DNA of 64,000 nucleotides. It comes from Candidatus Moanibacter sp. (GTDB lineage Bacteria; Verrucomicrobiota; Verrucomicrobiia; Opitutales; UBA2987). The DNA is taken from assembly GCA_965215885.1 (NCBI GenBank), contig CBDCEW010000105.1, positions 288,001 to 352,000 on the forward strand, given 5' to 3'. How positions within the stretch are numbered: position 1 is the stretch's first letter; every line of letters begins with the position of its first letter. Below are positions 1 to 10,139 of the stretch, piece after piece. Made by a program: the position numbers and the translations under genes. The notes beneath the pieces are model-generated. The model saw only the letters and a program-made list of their open reading frames with translations, was not told where the DNA came from and made no database searches.

Positions 1-699
1 CACGTGCTTCCGTATAAAAAACGGTAACTGCGGCAGGCCGGTTTCGCGGCGAAGGATCGCCAGGAACTCCGTTAGGTTTGCGGCGTATTCGTCTGCTTTG
101 TTCTCGATGCCGTCAGACTCGCCCTGATCCCAGTAAAGCCCGACAACGCGGATCTCCGGATATGTCTTGCTCAGTTGTGCCATCCCCTTGCGGTAGTAGC
201 TCAGCCAGGTGGCATAGCAGGGGCGATCGCCATCCTGCTCCTTGGGGTTCCAGTCGTGGTGGAGCGTGGTGGCGCCGGGCCCGTACTTGATCACAAAGAT
301 GTCGTTTTCTGGGAAACGCTTCTCCAGTTCCCGGACCACTGGCAGTTCCATGCCGTGTCCCGGGGTATCAGGTTTGTCAGGTTTGGTATTCCTATTGGGG
401 TCGACCCGCTGAAACCCGCTAGCTGGCACCCAGATATAACTGTGGGTGTAGTCTTTGGGGTCTGTGGACAACCCCATCTCTTTTGCGGTCGAGCCCGGAA
501 TGAGTGGGCGCGTCTTGTGGTGCCCAAGCGATTCGTGCAGCTCCGGGGAGATCACGCCGCAACCGCCGGCATTGGACTGTCCTGCTACAAGGAACACAAT
601 GGCAGGCCTGTCCGTTTGTTTCAGCTTCATCTTCATCGGGATCTCCTGGGCGGATATCGGCACAACACTAGCAAAAAAAGACAAGGATACAGTAATCAT
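1..699 (-). CDS. Sialate O-acetylesterase (SASA/SGNH) family protein, runs off the window start; probable cassette gene
   Basis: Hand translation from ATG 699 (absent from the ORF track): signal-like N-terminus, VFLVAGQSNA and LYWDQGESD motifs; frame open to base 1. Confidence 0.8.
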   Translation of the reverse strand, partial: MITVSLSFFASVVPISAQEIPMKMKLKQTDRPAIVFLVAGQSNAGGCGVISPELHESLGHHKTRPLIPGSTAKEMGLSTDPKDYTHSYIWVPASGFQRVDPNRNTKPDKPDTPGHGMELPVVRELEKRFPENDIFVIKYGPGATTLHHDWNPKEQDGDRPCYATWLSYYRKGMAQLSKTYPEIRVVGLYWDQGESDGIENKADEYAANLTEFLAILRRETGLPQLPFFIRKHV

Positions 700-751
700 G
701 ATGGACCTTAAGGAGAGCCATATTCTTCAATTCATCTGTTTCTGTTCCTTT

Positions 752-821
752 GCCGAACGTTGAGTTCACTCATAAAGAGAGTCGTCAGACTCTCGAAATT
801 GAGTGCAGCGTAAAGTTCGAA
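752..821 (-). other. attC recombination site (orphan cassette remnant)
   Basis: GCCGAAC(752-758)...GTTCGAA(815-821) with imperfect stem CGTTGAGTTCACTCA/TGAGTGCAGCG and central GAGAGTC/GACTCTC; matching core TTCGAAC at 1896-1902. Confidence 0.7.
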
Positions 822-830
822 TACCGCGCC

Positions 831-1331
831 CTACGGTGTATTTTCTTCCTTCAAAATGGTACGTTTCCAATGTAGAAGCTCAGAGACTGCGAACGCGGCC
901 TCAATTCCTTTGTTTGCATCATCATTTCCCGAGCGAACCCTTGCGTCTTCGAGCTTTGTAACGCCGAACACTTCATTTATTATGGGTTTACCGAATCTGT
1001 CAGAGACCAGAGAGAAACCATGAACTACATGTTGCAGGACTGTCGCGTCGTGGGTCGTTGCTCCACACAACACTACACCAAACGCCAATATCGCGTCAAT
1101 TTGCACCTCCGCCTCGAATAGAACCCGCGCTGCGTGGGGAAGTTCAAGACATCCTGGTAACCAGTGCACCGGCAGATTCTCTCGCGTCACCTCAAGATCA
1201 TATAGTATCTCTCGCGCCTTCTCGACCATCGCTTCCACGTATTGTCGGTGATTCATACCGCAGATGATGGGGAGCCGGGCACCGGGAATCTTTCGAAATT
1301 GGTCTCGACTCTTGGGAAGCTTACCGATCAT
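831..1331 (-). CDS. ribH: 6,7-dimethyl-8-ribityllumazine synthase-like protein (divergent)
   Basis: PGCLELP, DAILAFGVVLCGATTH, KPIINEV and NKGIEAA motifs; ATG 1331 lies just after the upstream gene's stop. Confidence 0.75.
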   Translation of the reverse strand: MIGKLPKSRDQFRKIPGARLPIICGMNHRQYVEAMVEKAREILYDLEVTRENLPVHWLPGCLELPHAARVLFEAEVQIDAILAFGVVLCGATTHDATVLQHVVHGFSLVSDRFGKPIINEVFGVTKLEDARVRSGNDDANKGIEAAFAVSELLHWKRTILKEENTP

Positions 1332-1338
1332 GACGATC

Positions 1339-1890
1339 TCAAGACTGTTGTTGTTCCCCAGAAGCAAGGGCCTGAATGCACTCCTCGCGGACCTTCCAAA
1401 TCCGAAGAAAATCTTGAGCACCGAAATGCGTACAAAGAAACCTCTGATGGAGCTGCCGCTTGTATTCTCCGATCTGTTCCGGCGTGATTTCCTCCTCGTG
1501 TACGATCTGAAGTGAGGAGCTGGCTTCCATCTTCGTGAAATCTCTTCGTTCGTCCCCAACGACGAGGTAACAATGCGCCTCCGGAATGGAGATTAGCCCG
1601 TTTACTGATAATACGCGCCCAACACCCGGTGTATTATCCTCATCCATATGATAGATCCCAACCATGAGGCGAACAGATAGTCCAAGTTCCTTCCCCAACG
1701 CTGCTAGCAGTGCATGTTTGGAGCTACATGTCCCCTTTCTTTCGGTCAAAACCAATTCGTAACTGCTGGGGGAACTAGTGCGTCCGTACGGTAGGTCTTT
1801 CACGTACCTACAGGCAGTGTCAAAGTCTTCGATCCCGAGATGTAGAAATCGTTCAGATACCGGCCCAGCATTTACAATACTGTCACTCAT
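1339..1890 (-). CDS. Hypothetical protein, transglutaminase-like Cys/His motifs
   Basis: LPYGR...KGTCSSKHALL...PEAHCYL; ATG 1890 follows the cassette core site. Confidence 0.65.
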   Translation of the reverse strand: MSDSIVNAGPVSERFLHLGIEDFDTACRYVKDLPYGRTSSPSSYELVLTERKGTCSSKHALLAALGKELGLSVRLMVGIYHMDEDNTPGVGRVLSVNGLISIPEAHCYLVVGDERRDFTKMEASSSLQIVHEEEITPEQIGEYKRQLHQRFLCTHFGAQDFLRIWKVREECIQALASGEQQQS

Positions 1891-2008
1891 CTCGTTTCGA
1901 ACATACAATCGTAGACCAGTTGCTTTATCCCGAGGTGTTGGTGGTCCCGATACGTTGTAAGTCTTTGAATTTCTGTTCCTTAGTTCGTTTGAAACGGTGT
2001 TTAGCTTT

Positions 2009-2064
2009 CGGTAATATGCGACCTGTCGTCAAAATTGTGATATGCGACAGGTCGCATATTACCG
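2009..2064. repeat. Perfect 20-bp inverted repeat (possible collapsed IS ends)
   Basis: CGGTAATATGCGACCTGTCG (2009-2028) / CGACAGGTCGCATATTACCG (2045-2064). Confidence 0.8.
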
Positions 2065-2232
2065 GAATACCCTGAAAAAGCAACAGCGGACCACCCAACC
2101 CAGGGGCAGACCGGGCTGGCCAGGGTCCCCGTCGACGGCTTTACCTACCTCAGCGTCCGCTCTGACCAATCGGAGGGCACCATCACGACCCACCCGATTG
2201 CAGTCGGGGATCTGGCCCGTCTCAACCTTACC

Positions 2233-2481
2233 GTGAAAGCGGATCACCTGCGACCGGAAAGCGAATACCTGCTCGCGGAACTGATCGACGAGGCGACCGG
2301 CGAGGTGCTAGCCGGATTTTCCGCCTCCGATTGCACGCCCGTAGACGAAGACGCGAATTCGTCGATCGTTCGATGGGGCGAAGAATCGATCGGCAGTGCA
2401 CCGGGGCAATCAATTTGCATTCGCTTCCTGCTCACTGGAATCGGAACCCGCTTCTTCTGCTTCGGGTTTCAACCAGTTTGA
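2233..2481 (+). pseudogene. C-terminal fragment of a glycoside-hydrolase-like protein
   Basis: AELID..GEVLAGFSASDC.P...D......W...IRF....RFFCFGF resembles C-terminal beta domains of propeller hydrolases; no N-terminus. Confidence 0.4.
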
Positions 2482-2550
2482 ACGTGCAGTTTTGGATTTG
2501 AGTACCTTACCCATCCAGGATCCTGCAGGAAGGGGTCAGGCTTATTATTT

Positions 2551-4032
2551 GGGTCTACAGCAGAATCTGTGGGTGGGTAACGTCGCTTACAAGAGGAAAT
2601 AGAGTCGGTGAGCACAAGGAGAAGTCAGGGCGCTGCCCTGAATCCCGCTCCTCCACAGCCGGAGGGGCTGGTCGGTGTTTTCTTTGCATATGGGATTGAA
2701 AGGTTGAAGCACCGGGCCGTTCCGAGGATGAAAGTAGTACCGAAAATACATCCTGAACACGGAGGACCCAGTGCTCATCAAAACGCTACTGAATCGGTGC
2801 TATTGGCTCAAGAGCTTTGTTTACACAAAGGCGAGTATGGAAATGGTGAAATCGGAGGAGGCGATTGTGGTGCAGATTGAGCCGCGCAAGAATAGCGGGT
2901 GTGCTGTTCGGGGTGTGGCCGGACGGCCAGCGGCTACGACCACATGAGCGAGGCGAGGCATTTTGAATTTGTGCCCTTGTGGGGGATGAAGGTGTATTTT
3001 CGTTACCGCATGCGGCGGGTCAATTGCCGGCGGTGCGGGGTGAAGGTCGAAGAGGTGCCCTGGGCCAAGGGCAAGAGTCATCTGAGTTGGCCAATGCAAT
3101 GGTTTCTGGCCCAGTGGGCGAGGCGCTTGAGCTGGGAAGAGACGGCAAGGGTTTTTCGCACGAACTGGCGCAACGTCTTCGAGTCGGTCGAGGCGATGGT
3201 GCGGTGGGGGCTCAAACGGCGCGATATGAGCGGGATTGAGGCGATCGGAGTCGATGAGGTGCAGTATCATCGAGGCCATCACTATCTCACCGTGGTCTAC
3301 CAGCTTGACGAGGGGCGGCGGCGGCTATTGGGCGTATTCAATAAGCGCAACGTAAAATCGCTCTTGCGTTTTTTCTGGGAATTGGGAGCGCAAAAGAGCA
3401 GCCAGATCCTCTACGTCTGCTCGGATCTGTGGAAGCCTTACCTCAAAGTGATCAAGAAAAAGGCACCCCAGGCGCTGCACATCCTCGATCGCTTCCACTT
3501 GGTAGCCAACCTGAACAAGGCCCTCAATGAGATTCGTGCTGCGGAAGCCAGGCGATTGCAACGGGACGGCTACATCAACGTGCTGGTCAAAAGCAAATAC
3601 TGTTTCTTGAAAAATCCGCAAAATCTCACCCCCACCCAACAGATCCGCCTCAAGGAGGTGCTCCAATACGATCTGAAGAGCGTGCGGGCCTATCTACTAA
3701 AGGAGAGCTTTCAGCTCTTGTGGCATTATAAAAGTCCCTACTGGGCCCAATGGTATCTGAAAAAATGGTGCACGCGCGCCATGCGTTCGCGCCTCAAACC
3801 GATCAAAAGGTTCGTGCGCTCGGTGCGCAAACACGAGCCGCTCATCCTCAACTGGTTTCGGGCCAAAAAGGCCTTTTCCTGCGGCATTGTGGAGGGCTTT
3901 AACCGCAATATAAATCTCACTATCAGAAAAGCATACGGCTTTAAGAGCTTCGAAGTGCTTAAGATCGCCCTATTTCATACCATGGCCGACTTGCCTGAAC
4001 CCGAAATAACCCACAGATTCTGCTGACGAGGC
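2551..4032 (+). mobile_element. ISL3-family insertion sequence with 8-bp TSD TATTATTT
   Basis: IRs GGGTCTACAGCAGAATCTGTGGGT (2551-2574) / ACCCACAGATTCTGCTGACGAGGC (4009-4032); TATTATTT at 2543-2550 and 4033-4040. Confidence 0.92.
2771..4026 (+). pseudogene. ISL3 transposase, frameshifted near 2895
   Basis: GGAGG plus GTG 2771 start is out of frame with ORF 2899-4026, which has Zn-finger CxxC pairs, IGVDE, CSDLW, DRFHLV and VEGFN. Confidence 0.85.
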
Positions 4033-4249
4033 TATTATTTAAGTATCTTCCTCAAGCAATCGCATCATGCCACTTTGCGATGTCGTTGGACGTTGCCTGC
4101 AGCACGCAGCTGTCCGTAGCGAAAAATATCATCCAAGATCGGAACGTCGATGCGTCATGCGACTTCTCCTCTACTTCAGATTCGAATAGCTTAAATAATA
4201 AGCCTGACCCCTTACCACCATTACCGAATTGCCAATCTTCGCCGAATCC

Positions 4250-5590
4250 TCAGAAGACCAGCAAAGCGAGGCTGAATACCAACCCCGTGTAGAGCAGCGC
4301 GATGAAGCAGTATCCCATGATTTTCTTGAGCTGAATTCCGGCGATTGCGAGTACCGGAACTATCGCCAGCGGCTGGACCAGATTGGTCCACTCGTCACCG
4401 AGCGCGACACCCATCGCCGTCCGGGGGATATTTGCCCCGAGTTCGACCGCAGCTCCCATCATGATCGGTCCCTGCACCGCCCATTGACCGCCTCCCGAGG
4501 GGATGAAGAGGTTGAGTATGCCCCCCGAAAGGAAGGCGAAGAACGGCAAGGCTTCCGCGGACGAGATCTGCACGAAGATCTCTATCACCAACGCCGCCAG
4601 CCCGGAGTTCGCCATCACCCCTGCGATTCCGGCGTAGAGCGGGTACTGCAGAAGAAAGGGCGCCGCTACCCGGCCACCGCTCACGATAATTCGCACGTAG
4701 GCGATCAGCGAACCCGCCAGCAGTACACCAACTACGAGGAAGGTAAAGTTGAAAATATCGAGTGTTAGGCCGAGACCGCGACTAACGAAATGGGAGTAGG
4801 CGTAGGCCAAGCCGGCCAGCACGAACAGTGCCATAAAGATCCGCGACCGCTCGAGCCACTCGGCCGGTGTCTCGGCTGCGTGAACTCTCGGGTCCTCCTG
4901 CGGCCCGGAGGGCTCGGGCATCGGCCCTTTCGGGATCGGCTCAATGTCGGCCTCGTCCTTCGGGGCCAGAGAGGCCATGACGAAAGGCAGTGTCACCAGG
5001 ACGACCAGCGCCAGGACCAGGCTCCAGGGCGAGAAGACCGTCCGGCTCATGTCGACGATTCCGATCTCTTGTTCGAGAAAGTGCCCCGGAGTCGCGATCA
5101 CCAACCCGATCGACGCCGAAAGTCCCTGGTGCCAAAGCACGAAACCGGAAAAGGCCGAAGCCACCAACAACGGGTAGTGCACCGGAATGCCGCGTCGCCT
5201 GCAGTTCTCGCCTACCGCCCTGGAGGCGATTCCCGCCACAATCAAACCCAGCCCCCACGAGAGCATGGCCGCCACGCAGGTGATGAAGCAAACTCCGGTG
5301 TAGGCGGCGAACGGCGTGCGGATCATCCCCACCAGGCGCTGCAGCAGAGCACGCATCGGTGGCGTGTTGGCCAGTGCGTAGCCAAAGAGGAGGGTGAGCG
5401 TTATCTGGTTAGTGAAGGCGAGCAGATTCCAGAAGCCATCTCCCCACGCATCGATGGTCTCGCCGAATCCGAATCCGGTGACCGTGATCGCCAGCACGAA
5501 GGTCAACATGGTGAGCATCACCGCCACCACGAACGAGTCCGGTACCCAACGCAGGAAAAAGCGGGCGAGGAACTGAGAAAAGCGGTGCAT
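4250..5590 (-). CDS. atoE: Short-chain fatty acid transporter (AtoE family)
   Basis: PDSFVVA, WGDGFWNLLAF, HYPLLVAS, WHQGLS, NLFIPSGGGQWAVQGP, GDEWTNLVQP; many TM helices. Confidence 0.9.
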   Translation of the reverse strand: MHRFSQFLARFFLRWVPDSFVVAVMLTMLTFVLAITVTGFGFGETIDAWGDGFWNLLAFTNQITLTLLFGYALANTPPMRALLQRLVGMIRTPFAAYTGVCFITCVAAMLSWGLGLIVAGIASRAVGENCRRRGIPVHYPLLVASAFSGFVLWHQGLSASIGLVIATPGHFLEQEIGIVDMSRTVFSPWSLVLALVVLVTLPFVMASLAPKDEADIEPIPKGPMPEPSGPQEDPRVHAAETPAEWLERSRIFMALFVLAGLAYAYSHFVSRGLGLTLDIFNFTFLVVGVLLAGSLIAYVRIIVSGGRVAAPFLLQYPLYAGIAGVMANSGLAALVIEIFVQISSAEALPFFAFLSGGILNLFIPSGGGQWAVQGPIMMGAAVELGANIPRTAMGVALGDEWTNLVQPLAIVPVLAIAGIQLKKIMGYCFIALLYTGLVFSLALLVF

Positions 5591-5934
5591 GGGATTTTCG
5601 GCAATTGAGCCATCGAATCAGGGGTAAGTCGAGGAGATTGGGGAAGGCGAAGGGTTCAGGCCCGATGCTTGACCGGCTCTTTCGATTCTGGAATTCTTTC
5701 CCCCCTCGAAGCACTATGACTGAAAAATCGACAGAATATCGGTGGAAACAAACGTCCCCTTACCCGCCTACGCACCGCCAAGAATCCCGCTGCGCAGAGC
5801 TACGGGGTGGCAGGCTGGGCGCTCCCCTTCGACGTTGCTCAGGGAAGACCGCGCACGATGATAATTGAGAAAGCCAGCGAGACCCCGTCCCGGCATGCCG
5901 GGACAGGAACTTACCAAATTAGAGAAAGCTAATT

Positions 5935-6945
5935 ATGAAAGCATACCAGGTAGAAAGTGACGGAGGAATCGACGCCATCACAGCCATCGAGCTACCCGAG
6001 CCTAAACCCGGGGCGGGTGAAGTGCTCGTGAAGATTCATGCCAATTCACTCAATTATCGCGACCTGGGAATCACAAGGGGCGGTTATTTTCGCAACGATA
6101 AGTGTCCCGTCATCCCGTTATCCGATGGAGCCGGGGAGGTCGTCGAGGTTGGCTCGGAGAGCAGCCGGTTCAGACCCGGTGACCGGGTTGCCGGATGTTT
6201 TTTTCAAGATTGGGTTAAGGGCGATATCAACGAATCCCAAATGCACACCGCACTTGGCGGCGGAGTCGACGGCGTGCTCGCGGAATACGTTGTTTTTAAG
6301 GAGCAGGGTCTCGTCCCCGTTCCCGAATCACTTTCCCTGGAGGAGGCCGCTACCCTCCCCTGCGCCGGCGTAACGGCGTGGCAGGCGCTTGTCACTCTCG
6401 GGCAGGTTAAGGCCGGTGACACGATCCTGCTGCTCGGAACGGGAGGTGTCTCCGTTTTCGCCCTGCAGTTCGCAAAGTCGAGCGGTGCCCGCGTGATCGT
6501 TACCTCGAGCAGTGATGAGAAACTCGAGAGGGCGAAATCGATGGGCGCCGACATGACGATTAATTACAAGGAGTGCCCGGACTGGGAAGAGGAGGTCCGC
6601 CGTCTTACCGCCGGCGCCGGGGTCGACAATGTCATCGAAGTGGGCGGACCGGGTACCCTGGAGAAGTCGCTCAAGTGCGCCCGCGTCAGTGGCCGCGTTT
6701 CGCTTATTGGCGTTCTCGATTCACCCGCGGCCACGATCTCTCCCCTCCTCTGTCTTTTCAACCGGGTTACGTTACAGGGAATCTACGTGGGAAGCCGGGA
6801 AATGTTCGAGGCCATGAATAACGGCATCGAGGTTAATGCCATCAAACCGGTCATCGACAAAGTTTTTGAATTTCCCGAAGCCCTCGATGCCTACCGTCAT
6901 CTCAAAGAGGCCAACCATTTCGGTAAAGTTGTGATAAGGCATTAG
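5935..6945 (+). CDS. NAD(P)-dependent MDR-family oxidoreductase (zinc-type ADH-like)
   Basis: SLNYRD, PLSDGAGEV, LPCAGVTAW, GTGGVS, HFGKVVI. Confidence 0.92.
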   Translation: MKAYQVESDGGIDAITAIELPEPKPGAGEVLVKIHANSLNYRDLGITRGGYFRNDKCPVIPLSDGAGEVVEVGSESSRFRPGDRVAGCFFQDWVKGDINESQMHTALGGGVDGVLAEYVVFKEQGLVPVPESLSLEEAATLPCAGVTAWQALVTLGQVKAGDTILLLGTGGVSVFALQFAKSSGARVIVTSSSDEKLERAKSMGADMTINYKECPDWEEEVRRLTAGAGVDNVIEVGGPGTLEKSLKCARVSGRVSLIGVLDSPAATISPLLCLFNRVTLQGIYVGSREMFEAMNNGIEVNAIKPVIDKVFEFPEALDAYRHLKEANHFGKVVIRH

Positions 6946-7356
6946 CCCGCTTTTTGTCGTCGGCAAGCATACGGGATCGGGTTCCAGCTCGCACATTTCG
7001 AAGTCTGAGCCGGGCATCGGCACCTGTGCGAACTCGTGCGCGCCACCCCCGATAAGCAATCGCCGGTCCTCCGTGGGCCGGTAATAGATGCTACGGACAT
7101 CATCGTCTGTCGCCGGCAGACGCGGTGCGCGGGCAAAGGGACGGGTGAGGTGGCGTTCGATCACGAAGTTTCGCGACGGCATCGCCTGACCGACTCCGGA
7201 GAGTAGAGAATTGGCCCAGGCATTGACCGTGCAAACGGTGGCGTTGGCGGTCAGCTCCCGGCCGTCGCCGAGGACAACACCCTGAACCCGGCCGCCCTGG
7301 ACGAGAAAGCGCTGGACGGGCGTTCGCTCGCGAATTTCAACGCCCAGCTGGCGCAC
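6942..7356 (-). pseudogene. Internal fragment of an FAD-dependent oxidoreductase (DAO/sarcosine oxidase-like)
   Basis: GVEIRERTPV...GRVQGV...A.ATVCTVNAWAN...YYRP; no GxGxxG N-terminus and no proper C-terminus. Confidence 0.65.
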
Positions 7357-7514
7357 CTTTGCCGCGAACCCTTGGCCCGTTGGGCGTAGACCGGGCTGAT
7401 CCCATTGGCAAACTGGCTGGGGCGACGGCCGATCAATTGGGTCCAGCCGGGAATCAGTTCACCCGCGCGTTCGAAGAGCTCGTAAGAACGCGAGACATCA
7501 GGTCGCGGGATCAT
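7357..7514 (-). pseudogene. N-terminal fragment of a class III aminotransferase (GSA-like)
   Basis: RSYELFERAGELIPGWTQ...PVYAQRAKGS, then joined directly to the DAO fragment. Confidence 0.6.
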
Positions 7515-7602
7515 CTGTCGGACCCTCTGTATTTGCCCCGGTCACTGTTGAAATTGAAAGCGGAAATCGCGGTCCCCTCCTCACAGATTCCTGGCTGCTG
7601 CT

Positions 7603-8981
7603 CTAATTATTAATCTCTTGCACGATTTCGGAAATACTTTCATCCAGGATAGCTATAATTCTATCAGCCTGTTCTTCCGTCAGGATTAAGGGCGGCCCTA
7701 AGGCAATCCAGTGCGGATCATAGCGCGACAGAAGTCCCTTTGAAAGAGCCCGTTTCCCTATCAGTGTAGCAATCGGTATATCATCTGGAAATCTCTCTTT
7801 TGTCGCAGGATCACGGACAAATTCGATACCCATAAACAACCCCTTCCCTCGAATGTCGCCGACAATTCCATGCTTGCGAAAGCTCTCCAGACCATTGCGC
7901 AGATGACTGCCAACCTTGCGGGCATTTCCACATAAATCCTTTTCAATAATCTCCCCTATCGTCGCCAAACCGGCCGCACAGGCAACGGGATTGCCTTCAT
8001 AAGTATGTCCCGATACGAAGCCGGGGTTTGTTTTCTTTTCTCCCCAGAATTTATCAGCGATATGTCTTCGACAGAGCAGTGCGGAAAGAGGCACGTATCC
8101 TCCCGACAATCCTTTACCCAAACAAATCAAATCCGGGACAACACCAAAAGTCTCGGCGGCAAACATCTCTCCGGTGCGGCCCATCCCCGTGATTATTTCA
8201 TCAAAATCAATAACACGTTATGCCGGTCACAAAATTCGCGCAATTGGGGCAGATACTCAGGAGGAGGGTCAAAGATGCCTCCGGTATGCCCAATCGGCTC
8301 AACAATAAGGGCGGCGACGGTTTCCGGACCCTCCATGATGATGGTATCCTCAATCAATCCGGCACAGGTAATTTCACAACTGGGGTATTCTTTACCAAAA
8401 GGGCATCGATAACAATAGGGGGGAAATACATGAACAAAACCAGCGGCCAGCGGCTCGGAATCAACGCGACGCGAACTTAGACCCGAAGCTGACAAGGATC
8501 CCATCGTGCCCCCATGCCAGGAATGGTATCGAGAGATTACCTTGTACTTGTTAGGACTGCCATTAAGTCTATGATACTGGCGTGCCATTTTAAAAGCGGC
8601 TTCATTTGTTTCGGCGCCACCGCTGCCGAATTTTACCGCGCTCAAATCGCCGGGCGCGATATCTGCCAGTTTATTCGCTAATTGAACGGCTAACGTATTG
8701 GTGCCATGCATGACCGGGGAAAAGGTCAGAATATCCAACTGATTTTTTATCGCTTCAATCACCCGGCGGTTATTATGGCCAACCGATGCGACATAGATTC
8801 CCGCAATTCCATCAAGGTAACGCTTTCCATAAATGTCCGTGTAATAAACCCCGTCGGCGCCTGCCAAAATGAAGGGGTCCTTAACAAACTCCGTCATCTG
8901 ATCGCGGACAAATATCTGCCGCAGATACCGTTCTTCCAGGGTTTGTTTTTCAGTAATCAGACCACTCATCGCCGTTACCAC
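7603..8981 (-). pseudogene. Class III (omega-amino acid) aminotransferase split by a 1-bp frameshift near 8203
   Basis: ORF 8193-8981 ends LLILMK where LLIFDEIITG is expected; ORF 7603-8184 continues GRTG...PDLICLGKGLSGG...GHTY. Confidence 0.88.
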
Positions 8982-9384
8982 GGAACAAAGCTGCGGTTGA
9001 TACGTAAACTAGAGTCTGTTCGAACAAGTGCAACGCGAATTTACTGGTCAACGGCAGCGTACCTGTTTAGCGATTCTGAGGTTACCCCGGCACAAGACCC
9101 ATAATTACGAAATTGGGTTGGAGAACCCAAAGTAAATGTTATTCAGGCACTTGCAAGATTCTATTGATTACATAGTATGCCAGAATGGAGTTTCAACGAT
9201 TGTTGTGTGTGGGTTCGTTAGAGGTAGAGAGCTTTTCCTGCAGGTTTGTTTTCAGTTAGAAACTTGTTGAGTATTAATCAGTTACAAAAGCGCTTTGAAC
9301 GGGGAGTTGATTTCTGGTGGCAATTGAGTAGAAGCGAAGGGAGCTGGAGAAAGTTGGTATTGGCATTGTATGTAAAAGTAAAGT

Positions 9385-10122
9385 TTGCAGTTTTGCCTCC
9401 TTTCCATACTGTGCCGGTGCATGCAAGAAGAGCTTTCGCGTAAAGAGAGGGAGGTGGTCGAAGCGGTACGGCGGGATCGGGTAAGCACGGTGTGGAGGCT
9501 GATGAAGGAGCAGAGGGTGTCGCGGCGAACGGTCTATCGGGCTTTGCAAAAATATGGCCATTACTCCAGTTACAATGCCAATTGTGGCTACCTGAGCTTG
9601 AAAGGCATTCCGCGCTTTGACGGGGCCGGTTTGTGGCGTTTTCGCAAGGGGCGCTTTTCGCGCCACGGCACCTTGGAGGAGACCGTGGAGGCGGTGGTGG
9701 GAGCTTCGCTTTGCGGCTACACGGTGGCTGAGTTGGAGACCCTCCTTGGGGTACGGGTACACAACCCCATAAGCGTGCTTTGTAGAAAGAAGCGGTTGAG
9801 TCGATACTATGAAGGGCGTCACTGCGTGTATGTCTCGGCCGGGGAACAGGGCGGGGCCGAACAGAAAAAGCGGCGGCAAGGGCGAAGAACAGCGGCACAA
9901 GTTCAGGCAGGGGACCCCGGGGGCGCTTTGCAGGCAGCTCCCGAAGGGCTCGAAACGATGGTCGTGATCGCTTTGCTGGTCGCCTGTATCGGCCATCCCG
10001 AGGCCGGGGTCAAGGAGCTTGTCGAGCTTATGCAAGAGCAGGGAGTAGAGCTGAGCGGGGAGCAAATTGAGCGGGTGATGGCGTTTTACTCGCTCAAAAA
10101 AAAACCGGCCCGATCGCGGTAG
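9385..10122 (+). CDS. IS ORF A (probable DNA-binding part), ends just after an A9 run
   Basis: Inside the element; SRRTVYRAL HTH-like segment; A9 at 10096-10104; start codon uncertain. Confidence 0.65.
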   Translation: MQFCLLSILCRCMQEELSRKEREVVEAVRRDRVSTVWRLMKEQRVSRRTVYRALQKYGHYSSYNANCGYLSLKGIPRFDGAGLWRFRKGRFSRHGTLEETVEAVVGASLCGYTVAELETLLGVRVHNPISVLCRKKRLSRYYEGRHCVYVSAGEQGGAEQKKRRQGRRTAAQVQAGDPGGALQAAPEGLETMVVIALLVACIGHPEAGVKELVELMQEQGVELSGEQIERVMAFYSLKKKPARSR

Positions 10123-10139
10123 CGGAGCTGTTACATGAT

